A DNA stretch of 64,000 nucleotides from Gemmatimonadota bacterium (GCA_009835325.1 VXWP01000083.1:46735-110734), one strand, 5' to 3'. Positions 11,756 through 21,265 are shown, counted from the first letter of the stretch. Made by a program: numbers and translations. The notes: generated by a model not told the origin, from the sequence alone.

Positions 11756-12582
11756 AAGAAGTCGTCGTGGGAGACGTGGCCATTGGCGGCGGAAGGCCGC
11801 TGGCGCTGATCGCCGGGCCTTGCGTGATCGAGAGCGAGGCCGTGGTCATGGAGACCGCGGAACGCCTGATTACGGTCACCGGGCGCCTGGGCATCCCGCT
11901 CGTGTTCAAATCATCCTATGCGAAGGCGAACCGCTCTTCGGCAGCCTACTTCGCAGGGCCCGGGCTGCACGAGGGGTTGCGCGTACTCCGGAAAGTTCGA
12001 GAGCTCGGCGTGCCCGTGCTTTCTGACGTTCACGCGTTGCCTGAGGTAGAAGAGGCCGCGGAGGTCCTGGACGTTCTGCAGCTTCCCGCACACCTGTGCA
12101 TGCAGACGGAACTCACCCTCGCCCTGGCCCGGACCGGAAAGCCCGTCAACGTAAAGAAGGGACAGTTCCTGGCGCCGGAAGACGTGGCGTCGGTCGTGTC
12201 CAAGATCGAAAGCACGGGCAACCGGAGCATCCTCCTGACCGAACGGGGCGTCTCATTCGGATATCACGACCTGGTCGCCGACATGCGGTCGCTGGCCATC
12301 ATGCGCCGGACGGGATACCCCGTGGTATTCGACGCCACCCACGTGGTGAGGCTATACGGCCGTCCGAGCAGCGACGCGAGCGGCGGCACCCCTGAGTTCA
12401 TCGAACCTCTATCCCGTGCCGCGGTGGCCGCGGGATGCGAAGCGGTATTCATCGAGACCCATCCCCGGGTTTCCGAAGCGCTGTGCGACGCCGCGAGCAT
12501 GTTGCCGCTCGACCGCCTGGAACCACTGCTGCAAAGCCTCAAGGCGATCGACGAAGTCGTGCGGCCCCACACCGTGGATTGA
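11752..12582 (+). CDS. kdsA: 2-dehydro-3-deoxyphosphooctonate aldolase (KDO-8-P synthase)
   Basis: 276 aa DAHP-synthase-family protein similar to KdsA (LIAGPCVIESE...). GTG start overlaps the kdsB stop. Confidence 0.85.
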   Translation: MKEVVVGDVAIGGGRPLALIAGPCVIESEAVVMETAERLITVTGRLGIPLVFKSSYAKANRSSAAYFAGPGLHEGLRVLRKVRELGVPVLSDVHALPEVEEAAEVLDVLQLPAHLCMQTELTLALARTGKPVNVKKGQFLAPEDVASVVSKIESTGNRSILLTERGVSFGYHDLVADMRSLAIMRRTGYPVVFDATHVVRLYGRPSSDASGGTPEFIEPLSRAAVAAGCEAVFIETHPRVSEALCDAASMLPLDRLEPLLQSLKAIDEVVRPHTVD

Positions 12583-12622
12583 CTTCCATGCGAGTGCACT
12601 CTTGGCCTCTCTGATCAAGCGC

Positions 12623-13498
12623 ATGCGAAATGCCGTGATCTATCAGGCGGTGTGCGCGATTATCGGCCTGATGAACGCGTTGCCGAGACGGCAGGCGTTG
12701 TCCGTCGGGGGGTGGATCGGCGGACTGGCGTACCTGGCCGCCCGCGGTCCCAGGCGCCTTGCCCTTTCCAATCTGACGCTGGCCTACGGCGAAGCGCAGT
12801 CGCGCGGGCAGATCAGGCGGCTGGGCCGGACTGTCTTCCGGGAGCTGGGACGGAATGTCGTGGATGTCGCCCGGCTGCCCCGGGTCACGGCGGAGAACGT
12901 GGATGGACTGGTCAGGGCCGATGGCCTGTCCCTCCTGGAATCGGCCTATGGCGAGGGGAAGGGCGTGGTAGCGGTCAGCGCCCACCTGGGCAACTTCGAA
13001 CTGATGGGCGCGTTCCTGGCGCTCAAGGGATTCGCGGTAACCGTGGTAGCGGCCCCGCTTTACGATGCCAGGCTGGACGCGCTCCTGCGGGAGAACCGGG
13101 TGCGGAGCGGATTGGAAGTGGTGCCCCGCGACCGGGCAACTACCGCCATACTTCGCGCGCTGAGAAAAGGGCATGTGGTGGGGCTCCTGGTGGACCAGGA
13201 TACCCGGGGTGCCGGCATCGCGGTCCCCTTCTTCGGCCACCCGGCGCGTACTCCGACCGGACCCGCGGTGCTGGCGGACCGAACGGGCGCGCCCATCGTG
13301 CCCATGGCCATTCGCCGTTTGCCGGACGACACGCATCTCGTGATGGTCCGGCCGCCGATCCGGCCCACCGGACGGACGCCGGAAGACGTGGAAACAACGA
13401 CGAGGGCGTATACCGGGGAACTGGAACGGTTCATCAGGAAAGCGCCGTCGCAGTGGGTATGGATGCACGACCGCTGGAAGGCGTCCAAGGAGGCTTGA
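12623..13498 (+). CDS. Lipid A biosynthesis (Kdo2-lipid IVA) acyltransferase, LpxL/HtrB-like
   Basis: Lysophospholipid/lipid-A acyltransferase family with an HX4E motif (SAHLGNFELMG). Start chosen at the ATG at 12623, after the kdsA stop. Confidence 0.65.
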   Translation: MRNAVIYQAVCAIIGLMNALPRRQALSVGGWIGGLAYLAARGPRRLALSNLTLAYGEAQSRGQIRRLGRTVFRELGRNVVDVARLPRVTAENVDGLVRADGLSLLESAYGEGKGVVAVSAHLGNFELMGAFLALKGFAVTVVAAPLYDARLDALLRENRVRSGLEVVPRDRATTAILRALRKGHVVGLLVDQDTRGAGIAVPFFGHPARTPTGPAVLADRTGAPIVPMAIRRLPDDTHLVMVRPPIRPTGRTPEDVETTTRAYTGELERFIRKAPSQWVWMHDRWKASKEA

Positions 13499-13597
13499 CA
13501 CGGCGCGCGTGGCGACCTGACAAGGCGTCCAAGGAGGCTTGACACGGCGCGCGTGGCGACCTGAAAAGGCGTCCAAGGAGGCTTGACACGGCGTCAA
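13476..13597 (+). repeat. About 44-bp tandem repeat (2.75 copies) duplicating the 3' end and stop codon of the lpxL-like gene
   Basis: GGCGTCCAAGGAGGCTTGACACGGCGCGCGTGGCGACCTGA(C/A)AA recurs. Each copy holds the AAGGAGG and TTGACA hexamers. Confidence 0.8.
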
Positions 13598-13612
13598 CGG
13601 CCCAACTTGATC

Positions 13613-13641
13613 TTGCAGCTACGGATCAAACCAGGTATATT
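13613..13641 (+). promoter_or_regulatory. Promoter candidate TTGCAG-17-TATATT ending 5 nt before the lptC ATG (possible leaderless transcript)
   Basis: Hexamers at 13613-13618 and 13636-13641; ATG at 13647. There is no SD sequence between them. Confidence 0.3.
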
Positions 13642-13646
13642 CAGTC

Positions 13647-14273
13647 ATGCCGACTACCCACGATCTTCATGTTTCGCCCCGCCTGATTCTCCATGCATTC
13701 AAAAGGCACGCCCGTTACCGGCCGTGGCGCCTGGTCGTGGTAATCGTCCTGTGCGCGGCTGTCCTTTTCCCGGCCGCATGCCAACCCGTGGATCCGCCGG
13801 TTCCGGAAGAAGGCGCGCAGGATGCGCTGCCGGACCAGGAAGCGTGGAACACGACTATATACCTGAGTCGGGATGGCAGGCAGGAAGCCACGATCCGGGC
13901 CGGGCACCGCCTTTATTTTTCGGAAACCAACGTCACAGTCATCGATGAGGGTATCCACGTCGAGTTCTTTGAAGAAGACGGCAGCCTGGCCTCTACGCTC
14001 GAAGCGGAGTGGGGCGAAATCGACGGGCAGACCCACAACCTGCGCGTCCGGGGCGGCGTAACCGTCCACAGTACGGAACGGGGCACCCTGGAAACCGATT
14101 CCCTGACCTGGTTGAACGCGGCGAATCTCATCGTAACGGATGCCGCCGTACGATTGACCGGGGACACGGATGTCATTGCGGGCGATGGGTTTGAGGCCGA
14201 TCCGGGCATGCGCGGATATATCATCCGGCGCAACATCAAAGGCCGTTTTCTGCCGGATGAACAACCGCAATGA
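13647..14273 (+). CDS. lptC: LPS export protein LptC-like (membrane-anchored periplasmic)
   Basis: N-terminal TM anchor (WRLVVVIVLCAAVLFPAA) followed by a ~170 aa periplasmic beta-jellyroll-like region. Sits between kds/lpx and lptA/lptB. Confidence 0.55.
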   Translation: MPTTHDLHVSPRLILHAFKRHARYRPWRLVVVIVLCAAVLFPAACQPVDPPVPEEGAQDALPDQEAWNTTIYLSRDGRQEATIRAGHRLYFSETNVTVIDEGIHVEFFEEDGSLASTLEAEWGEIDGQTHNLRVRGGVTVHSTERGTLETDSLTWLNAANLIVTDAAVRLTGDTDVIAGDGFEADPGMRGYIIRRNIKGRFLPDEQPQ

Positions 14274-14349
14274 CCCCTTCGCAGCGCAGCACTTCGACCG
14301 CCGTCACGGGGGGCACGCATCCTTGACGTTCAACGGAAATTCCGGTATA

Positions 14350-15660
14350 TTGTATCGTGGTACAGGGTCCGTCAGATGGTTGATTACGGTCTGCTGTTTC
14401 ATCGTGCTTTCCGCTACTCAGGCAAGTGGCCAGGAGCGCCGCGAGCCGGTGCAAATCGAGGAAGCGGGCAGCTTCCGGGCTACCGGTGTCGACGAGGTTT
14501 TCGATCTGGCCGAGTCTGTGAGGCTCAAGCACGGAGATACCGTGCTGACGAGTGACCGGGTGAACTATGATCGCTTGAAAGGTATCGTACATCTTTTTGG
14601 AAACGTACGCATGATCCGCGGGACCACCACGCTCACCGCCGACGCCGCGGTGTACTATGAACAGGACCAGCGGGCTATCGGAGCGGGGCAGGTGAGGCTC
14701 GACGACACGTTGGACGGCGTGGTGCTGACGGGCAGTCGCATGGTATTCACCCAGGATCCCCATCGCGCCGTGGCGACGGGCAAGCCGAACATGACCTGGC
14801 GGCAAAACGAAAGCAGGATCAACATCGAGGGCTTTCGTCTTGAGTACTACTTCACTGAAACCAACTCCCTGCTGAAAGCACTGGCCGAGGAATCCGTCAT
14901 CGTGGTGGACGAGGGCGAAGGCGTGACCATTTATTGTGATCACGCGGAGTATTTCAAGGCAACGGATAGCGCTCGTTTCAGCGGCGATCCCCGGCTGGTC
15001 AAGCGACTGGAAGGCGATGAGGGCGAAATCGTGGCGAACGGGAAAGGCATGGCCTACGCCTTCGAAGACCGGACCGCCGACGTGTTCGATTCGGTCAGCG
15101 TCGTGAAGGGAACGCTGGAGGGGATCTGCGATACGTTGCGCTTCGACAGCGAAGGCCAGCAGATCGATCTCCTCGGCAACCCGGTGATCCGGAGCGTTCA
15201 CAGCGAGATCACCGGGGATGAGATCATCCTCGAAATGGAGGACGGCGAGGTCATACGCGCCCTGGTTACGGGCAACGCCCGGGGTTCCTATACCGCGGAA
15301 GAGCAAGAGGGGACGAATCTGGCGGACGATGTGGCGGACCGGACGGCCGGCCAGGCAGACAACCAGACCGACCAGACTGACCAGGCGGAACAGGCGGAAC
15401 AGGCGAACCGCAGTACCATTGAAGGCCGCAGTATGGTCGTGGACTTCGAGGGCGAATCGGTCAGGATGATTACCGCGCAAGGGAACGCGGTGAGTACCTA
15501 CAATCCGTCTGCGCTCGAAGGTGGCTCTACCGGCCACAACGTGGTCCGGGCGAAGGAAATCGTGATCGAACTGAATGAAGGCGAACCGGTCAAGGTGAAC
15601 GCGGACGGTGGCGTGGACGGGTCCTATCTCAACCCTGAAGACGAGGACGGAAACCGTTGA
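14350..15660 (+). CDS. lptA: LptA/OstA-family periplasmic LPS transport protein with a long C-terminal low-complexity extension
   Basis: OstA-like N-terminal domain (HGDTVLTSDRVNYDRLKGIVHLFGNVRM) preceded by a signal-peptide-like segment (VRWLITVCCFIVLSATQASG). Start is uncertain: in-frame ATGs at 14170/14257 lie far upstream of the signal peptide, so TTG 14350 is preferred. Confidence 0.55.
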   Translation: MYRGTGSVRWLITVCCFIVLSATQASGQERREPVQIEEAGSFRATGVDEVFDLAESVRLKHGDTVLTSDRVNYDRLKGIVHLFGNVRMIRGTTTLTADAAVYYEQDQRAIGAGQVRLDDTLDGVVLTGSRMVFTQDPHRAVATGKPNMTWRQNESRINIEGFRLEYYFTETNSLLKALAEESVIVVDEGEGVTIYCDHAEYFKATDSARFSGDPRLVKRLEGDEGEIVANGKGMAYAFEDRTADVFDSVSVVKGTLEGICDTLRFDSEGQQIDLLGNPVIRSVHSEITGDEIILEMEDGEVIRALVTGNARGSYTAEEQEGTNLADDVADRTAGQADNQTDQTDQAEQAEQANRSTIEGRSMVVDFEGESVRMITAQGNAVSTYNPSALEGGSTGHNVVRAKEIVIELNEGEPVKVNADGGVDGSYLNPEDEDGNR

Positions 15661-15672
15661 ATCGGAGGATCC

Positions 15673-16416
15673 GTGCAGTGCCTGCGAGCTGAGAACCTGG
15701 TAAAGTCCTACCAGAGTCACCGCGTCGTCGACGATGTGAGCCTGCGCGTAGACCAGGGCGAGGTGGTCGGACTGCTCGGCCCGAACGGGGCGGGGAAGAC
15801 CACCTCGTTCTATATGATCGTCGGCATGATCAAGCCAGGGTCGGGACGGGTGCTCATCGATGACCGCGAGACCGGGAAAAGCCGGAACATTACGCGGTGG
15901 CCGATGTACCGCAGGGCCCGTGTGGGGATCGGCTACCTGGCCCAGGAACCGTCGATCTTCCGCAGGATGACGGTGGAACAGAACCTGATGTCCATACTCC
16001 AGACCTTGCCCATGACCCGCAAGGCAAGGCGCCGGAAGATGGAGGATCTGCTGGAGGATTTCGGCATCGCGCATCTGGCCAAGCACAAAGCCTATACCCT
16101 GTCGGGCGGCGAGCGGCGAAGAACCGAGATCAGCCGCGCCCTGGTGACCGAACCGAAGTTCATTCTGCTCGATGAGCCCTTCGCCGGCATCGATCCCATT
16201 GCCGTCGAGGATATTCAGAGGCTCATCGGACGCCTCAAGGAACGAAAACTGGGCATCCTGGTCACGGATCACATGGTACGGGAAACGTTGCAGATCACGG
16301 ACCGATCCTATATCATGGCCGACGGCCGGATTTACATATCGGGTACGGCCAAGGACCTGGCCGAGGACCCCGAAGCGCGCCGTATCTACCTCGGCGAGCG
16401 GTTCCGCCTGGAGTAA
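15673..16416 (+). CDS. lptB: LPS export ABC transporter ATP-binding protein LptB
   Basis: Walker A (GPNGAGKTT), ABC signature (LSGGERRR), Walker B. Length 247 aa. GTG start. Confidence 0.85.
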   Translation: MQCLRAENLVKSYQSHRVVDDVSLRVDQGEVVGLLGPNGAGKTTSFYMIVGMIKPGSGRVLIDDRETGKSRNITRWPMYRRARVGIGYLAQEPSIFRRMTVEQNLMSILQTLPMTRKARRRKMEDLLEDFGIAHLAKHKAYTLSGGERRRTEISRALVTEPKFILLDEPFAGIDPIAVEDIQRLIGRLKERKLGILVTDHMVRETLQITDRSYIMADGRIYISGTAKDLAEDPEARRIYLGERFRLE

Positions 16417-16431
16417 CCGGAAGGCACGCCC

Positions 16432-17856
16432 ATGGAATTTCAACTTCAGCCCCAGACCAGACAGCAGTTTTCTCCCCAGTTGATGTACTCGCTCAAGCTG
16501 TTGCAGTACACCACGTTGGAACTCGAGCAGGAAATCAAGGAGAAGATCGAGGAGAATCCGCTGCTGGAACTCGAGGAAGAGGCGGGAGAGGCGGCGGAGG
16601 ACCCCACGGGCGAACCCCTGGCGGAGGAACCCGCGTCCGAACGGGACCGAATCGATTGGGATGCCTACATTCAGGACGGCATGCACAACCAGATGGATGC
16701 CCGTGAAGAGACGGAAAAAAGGGAAGATCAGCACATACTGGAACGGGAAGGAAAGTCGGATACGACGCTCACCGAGTACCTGATCGAGCAATTGCGTCTT
16801 CTCGACCTCTCCGCCCGGGACCGCGAAATCGGGGAATACCTGATCGGAAACCTGAATGACAGCGGTCTCCTCGACGTCCCACTGCTGGACCTGGCGCTGG
16901 AGTCGAGCGTGTCGTTCGACGAGGCGGAACGGGTGCTGAAGGTCGTGCAGACCCTCGAGCCTACCGGCGTCGGCGCGCGGGACCTGCGAGAGAGTCTCAT
17001 GCTTCAACTGGAAGCGTTGAACTTGAGCGATTCCCTAGCATACCGGTTGGTATCGGAACACTGGCGCGACGTCAAGTTGCGGCGCATCGCTTCGATTCGA
17101 AAGAAGATCAGGGCGTCCGAGCAGGAAATCGGCGACGCCCTGAACGTGATCGCCGGACTCAATCCCCATCCAGGGCTGGCCGTCAGCGATTCATCCGTTA
17201 TCGCCATACATCCCGACCTAATCGTCGAGAAAGTAGACGGCGAGTACCTCGTCTACCTCAACGATCGCAATCTGCCCAGGGTGCGTGTCAGCCATGCCTA
17301 CCATGCCATCCTCAACCGTAACGCGCAATCCTCCGACGAAGACAGGCGTTACGTGAGGCGCAAGCTGACCGAGGCGAACCACTTTGTCAACTCCATCGAA
17401 CAGCGGCGGTCAACCCTGTTGAAGGTGACGAATTGCATCGTCAGGGCCCAGCGCGAGTTCCTGGATGCGGGCCTTACCAGTCTCAAGCCGATGATTCTGC
17501 AGGAAGTGGCCGACGAGGTGGGTCTGCATGTGACGACCGTCAGCCGGGCCACCCAGGGCAAGTACGTACAGACGCCCCGGGGCATTTTCGCGCTGAGGTT
17601 CTTCTTCGACGGTCGATTGAAGAAAAAGACGGACGAGGAGACCGGGGAAGCCGCGGCGGGCCAATTGGCGACCAAGACGGTCAAAGACCGCATCGCGCGG
17701 ATCATCGAGGAAGAAGACGCGCGCGCGCCGTTGAGCGACCAGGCGATAGAGGAGATTCTCCGCACGAAGGAAGGCGTGCAGATCAAGCGGCGGACGGTGG
17801 CGAAGTACCGCGAGAACCTGGGAATACCCATTGCGCGGATGCGCAGAAGGATCTGA
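16432..17856 (+). CDS. rpoN: RNA polymerase sigma-54 factor
   Basis: Has the sigma-54 activator-interacting N-terminus, core-binding domain, and C-terminal RpoN-box-like region (…ARRTVAKYRE…). Length 474 aa. Confidence 0.9.
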   Translation: MEFQLQPQTRQQFSPQLMYSLKLLQYTTLELEQEIKEKIEENPLLELEEEAGEAAEDPTGEPLAEEPASERDRIDWDAYIQDGMHNQMDAREETEKREDQHILEREGKSDTTLTEYLIEQLRLLDLSARDREIGEYLIGNLNDSGLLDVPLLDLALESSVSFDEAERVLKVVQTLEPTGVGARDLRESLMLQLEALNLSDSLAYRLVSEHWRDVKLRRIASIRKKIRASEQEIGDALNVIAGLNPHPGLAVSDSSVIAIHPDLIVEKVDGEYLVYLNDRNLPRVRVSHAYHAILNRNAQSSDEDRRYVRRKLTEANHFVNSIEQRRSTLLKVTNCIVRAQREFLDAGLTSLKPMILQEVADEVGLHVTTVSRATQGKYVQTPRGIFALRFFFDGRLKKKTDEETGEAAAGQLATKTVKDRIARIIEEEDARAPLSDQAIEEILRTKEGVQIKRRTVAKYRENLGIPIARMRRRI

Positions 17857-17860
17857 CCCG

Positions 17861-17890
17861 ATCAGCCATACAGCAGATCAGCCATACAGC
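17861..17890 (+). repeat. Direct tandem duplication ATCAGCCATACAGC x2 (16-bp period) between rpoN and hpf
   Basis: Two perfect copies separated by AG, immediately upstream of the hpf RBS (GGGAGG). Confidence 0.8.
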
Positions 17891-17904
17891 GAAGGGAGGC
17901 GAAC

Positions 17905-18207
17905 GTGCAGAAATCCATGACGGCCCGACACTGCGAACTGGCAGACGCCTACAAGGAGCATGCGGACAGAGAGATCGACCGTTTGAACAGATACAGCGAC
18001 AACATCCTGAGTGCGGACCTTATCGTCTCGCAGGAAAAATACCGGTACATGGTTGAACTGAACGTGCACGTCGGAGGGCACGTCCTGACCAGCAAAGAGG
18101 AGAACGCCGAAGCCTACACGGCCCTTGACCAGGCGGTCAACAAGATGGAAACCCAATTGAAAAAGCACAACGGCAAGCTGCACGATCACAGAACCCGGCG
18201 TCACTAG
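17905..18207 (+). CDS. hpf: Ribosome hibernation promoting factor / sigma-54 modulation protein (short HPF/RaiA type)
   Basis: 100 aa whose N-terminus aligns with the HPF MQIQITGRNVEVTDALREYVEEK pattern. GTG start. Confidence 0.8.
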   Translation: MQKSMTARHCELADAYKEHADREIDRLNRYSDNILSADLIVSQEKYRYMVELNVHVGGHVLTSKEENAEAYTALDQAVNKMETQLKKHNGKLHDHRTRRH

Positions 18208-18217
18208 GTAGCGGACG

Positions 18218-19201
18218 ATGGCCACGACATCGCCCCTGAAATCGCGCGTCCTGCTGATCAAGAACCTGGTAGAGCAGGTCGACCTGAAACTGTCCCCGTT
18301 GACGGGTGAAACGGGACTGTCCAGGAAGATAACGAACGCGGAGACGAATCGCCCCGGACTCGCGTTGGCGGGATTTGTCGAGCGGTTTTCCAGCAACCGG
18401 ATCCAGATCCTGGGGGAGACCGAGTTATCCTACCTGAACAGTCTGCCCGCGGACCAGCGGCTTGCGTCGCTGGACCGGCTGTTCGACCAGGGTTTTCCCT
18501 GCATGGTGATAACGAAGGGCATGGATCCGCCGCGGGAATTGACCGAGACCGCCGAACGGTTCGATACCGCCGTCCTGGGTACTTCACTGACGACGGATGC
18601 CTTCACGCAGTCCTTGATCGAGTACCTGGAACCCTATTTCGCACCGATGACGACCGTGCACGGCGCCCTGGTCGACGTGTACGGCGTGGGTCTCCTGTTC
18701 ACGGGACGCAGCGGAATCGGCAAAAGCGAAACGGCCCTGGACCTGGTGGAACGGGGCCACCGGCTGGTTGCCGACGACGTGGTTACGGCATACCGGATGC
18801 GGCGCGGCGTCATCATGGGTACGAGCAACACGATCACGCAGCATTTCATGGAAATACGCGGCGTCGGCATTATCGACGTCACCAGCATGTTCGGCATACG
18901 CAGCATCCGCGTGCGCAAGCGGATAGAAGTCGTCGTAAACCTGGAGGACTGGAACAGCGACGAGGTCTACGAACGGACGGCGCTCGATGAGAAGACCACG
19001 ACTTTGCTCGACGCGGAACTGCCCTATGTCCGGATTCCCATCAATCCGGGCAAGAACCTGACGGTTATTTCCGAGGTCGTCGCACTCAGGCATCTCCTGA
19101 AGGTCGTTGGGATCAACCCGGCGTCCATATTGAATCAGCGGGTGCTGGAGGTCATGAAGGAAGGCGAAAAGGTACGGTATCGCAGGGAAGACTACGAGTA
19201 G
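18218..19201 (+). CDS. hprK: HPr kinase/phosphorylase
   Basis: Walker A (GRSGIGKSETAL), HprK C-terminal kinase domain and capping motif. Length 327 aa. Confidence 0.85.
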   Translation: MATTSPLKSRVLLIKNLVEQVDLKLSPLTGETGLSRKITNAETNRPGLALAGFVERFSSNRIQILGETELSYLNSLPADQRLASLDRLFDQGFPCMVITKGMDPPRELTETAERFDTAVLGTSLTTDAFTQSLIEYLEPYFAPMTTVHGALVDVYGVGLLFTGRSGIGKSETALDLVERGHRLVADDVVTAYRMRRGVIMGTSNTITQHFMEIRGVGIIDVTSMFGIRSIRVRKRIEVVVNLEDWNSDEVYERTALDEKTTTLLDAELPYVRIPINPGKNLTVISEVVALRHLLKVVGINPASILNQRVLEVMKEGEKVRYRREDYE

Positions 19202-19239
19202 AAGCATGTCACGCAGGGCTGAATGGATCGGGCAGCGAC

Positions 19240-19503
19240 TTGATAAGGAAAACCGTTTCCGTAAAGAACAGGAAGGGGTTGCACATGCGACCCGCCGAGC
19301 AACTGGTTCGCACGGCGTCCAGATTCAAGTCGGAAGTCACGCTGGTCAAGGACGACATTCCGGTGAATGGCAAGAGCATCCTGGGGGTCATGATGCTGGC
19401 CGCGGAGCACGGCAGTTCCATTACGGTGGAGATCGATGGGCCGGACGAAACGGATGCCCTGAAGGCGATATCCGACATGTTCGACCAGGATCAGGAGCCG
19501 TAA
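19240..19503 (+). CDS. ptsH: Phosphocarrier protein HPr
   Basis: His15 motif GLHMRPA and Ser46 motif GKSILGVM. Length 87 aa. TTG start. Confidence 0.8.
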   Translation: MIRKTVSVKNRKGLHMRPAEQLVRTASRFKSEVTLVKDDIPVNGKSILGVMMLAAEHGSSITVEIDGPDETDALKAISDMFDQDQEP

Positions 19504-19504
19504 T

Positions 19505-21265
19505 ATGAGCGAAGAGCGCCGCGTACTGAAAGGCATTCCGGCATCGCCGGGCATCGCCATAGGCCGCGCTTTTATCTACAATCGCCGCTTCGCCGCCATA
19601 AACCAGCGTTCGATCCCCGCCGACGGCGTGGAGGCGGAGATTCTTCGATTCCGTACCGCCGTCGACGAGGCGTTGGACGACCTGACCCGGTTGCAGCGCC
19701 GCATCGCAGTGGATTTCGACCAGGACGTAGGGAAGATCTTCCGCGCGCACCAGGCCGTACTTGAAGACCCCGAAGTGGTGGACGTCACCATCGTGCGCAT
19801 CCGGCGTGAGTTGACCAACGCGGAGTATATCTTCGACGATGTGATGCGGGGCTGGATCGCCAATTACTCTTCGATCGAGAATCCGTTCTTCCGGGAACGT
19901 ACCGCCGATTTCGAGGACGTGCATTATCGGGTCCTGGCGAAACTCACGGGCAGCTCGCAAAGCGGGATTGAGGCCACGGACGGGGAGATCGTGCTCGTGG
20001 CGCACAGCCTGTCCCCTTCGGACACCGCGGAACTGGACCGGGACGCGGTCTGCGGCTTCATTACCGATGCCGGCGGTCAGACGTCACACACGGCGATCGT
20101 CGCCCGCGGCCTGGCCGTGCCAGCAGTGGTCGGCACCAACATCGCCACCCAGGCCATATCGGACGGCATGATGATCATCATCGACGGCAACAGCGGGATG
20201 GTCCATCTCGATCCGGATGCCGATACGATCGGGCGGTACCGGGAAACGAAGTCTCAGCTATCGGTGCTGGAGCATGAGCTGCAGGAACTCCACGACCTGC
20301 CCGCGGAGACGCGGGACGGAAGGCGCATCGAGCTGTCGGCGAATATCGAACTTCCGGCTGAACTGGAAGACGCCCTGAACCACGGCGCGGACGGCATCGG
20401 CCTGTACCGTACCGAGTTTCTCTATCTGGTTCGCAACGAATTGCCGTCCGAAGAAGATCAGACCCGGACGTACCAGCGCATCGCGCGGCGCATGGCGCCG
20501 AACCACGTGATCATACGGACGCTGGACCTCGGGGCGGACAAGATGCCGAAGCAGATGCCGGACGAAGCCAATCCTGCCCTGGGCCAGCGCGGTATCCGGC
20601 TCTGTCTTGACCGGCCGGAAATGTTCAAGGTACAGTTGCGCGCCATCCTGAGGGCCGGTGCGGATGGCAACGTGAGTCTCATGTTCCCCATGATATCGGG
20701 ATTGCAAGAGCTCAGGAGGGCGAAGGCGCTTTTTGAAGAAGCGCGGAACGAACTGCTGGAGGACGGGGTGCCCGTCGACCAGTCGATGCCGGTCGGAATC
20801 ATGGTCGAAATCCCTTCGGCGGCTCTGACGGCCTACGACCTGGCGAAGGAGGTGGACTTCTTCAGCATCGGCACGAACGACCTGATCCAGTACACCGTGG
20901 CGGCCGACCGGGGCAATCCGAGCATCGCCTCCCTGTACAACCCGTGCCATCCGGCCGTGCTCCGCCTTGTCGCGTCGGTGATCGACGCCGCGCATGACAA
21001 CGATATCTGGGTGGGCGTGTGCGGCGCCATGGCCGCGCACCCCCTTGCGGCCTGCATACTGCTCGGTCTCGGCGTTGACGAGCTCAGCATGAGCCCCATA
21101 GATATCCCCGAGATCAAGAGCCTGATCCGCTCGGCGGATTACCAGGAGCTCAAAACCATTACCCGGGAGGCGCTGGACCTGTCCACGTCGGAAGAGATCA
21201 TGCGTTTCCTGAAACCCCACCAGCCGAAGACCGAGCTGGACGTGTCGGACATGATGCGCATCTGA
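19505..21265 (+). CDS. ptsI: Phosphoenolpyruvate-protein phosphotransferase (PTS enzyme I)
   Basis: 586 aa with the EI N-terminal HPr-binding domain, phosphohistidine domain (GGQTSHTAIVAR) and PEP-utilising TIM barrel. Confidence 0.9.
   Translation: MSEERRVLKGIPASPGIAIGRAFIYNRRFAAINQRSIPADGVEAEILRFRTAVDEALDDLTRLQRRIAVDFDQDVGKIFRAHQAVLEDPEVVDVTIVRIRRELTNAEYIFDDVMRGWIANYSSIENPFFRERTADFEDVHYRVLAKLTGSSQSGIEATDGEIVLVAHSLSPSDTAELDRDAVCGFITDAGGQTSHTAIVARGLAVPAVVGTNIATQAISDGMMIIIDGNSGMVHLDPDADTIGRYRETKSQLSVLEHELQELHDLPAETRDGRRIELSANIELPAELEDALNHGADGIGLYRTEFLYLVRNELPSEEDQTRTYQRIARRMAPNHVIIRTLDLGADKMPKQMPDEANPALGQRGIRLCLDRPEMFKVQLRAILRAGADGNVSLMFPMISGLQELRRAKALFEEARNELLEDGVPVDQSMPVGIMVEIPSAALTAYDLAKEVDFFSIGTNDLIQYTVAADRGNPSIASLYNPCHPAVLRLVASVIDAAHDNDIWVGVCGAMAAHPLAACILLGLGVDELSMSPIDIPEIKSLIRSADYQELKTITREALDLSTSEEIMRFLKPHQPKTELDVSDMMRI

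Noticed and set aside
12416-12622. Upstream extension of the lpxL-like ORF to 12416
   Set aside because: It would overlap kdsA by 167 nt in another frame. The extension is Arg/Cys-rich and non-membrane-like, so the ATG at 12623 after the kdsA stop is preferred.
13476-13597. CRISPR array or REP-type mobile repeat interpretation of the tandem repeats
   Set aside because: Units are contiguous with no unique spacers, there are only 2-3 copies, and there are no cas genes, transposases or integrases anywhere in the window.
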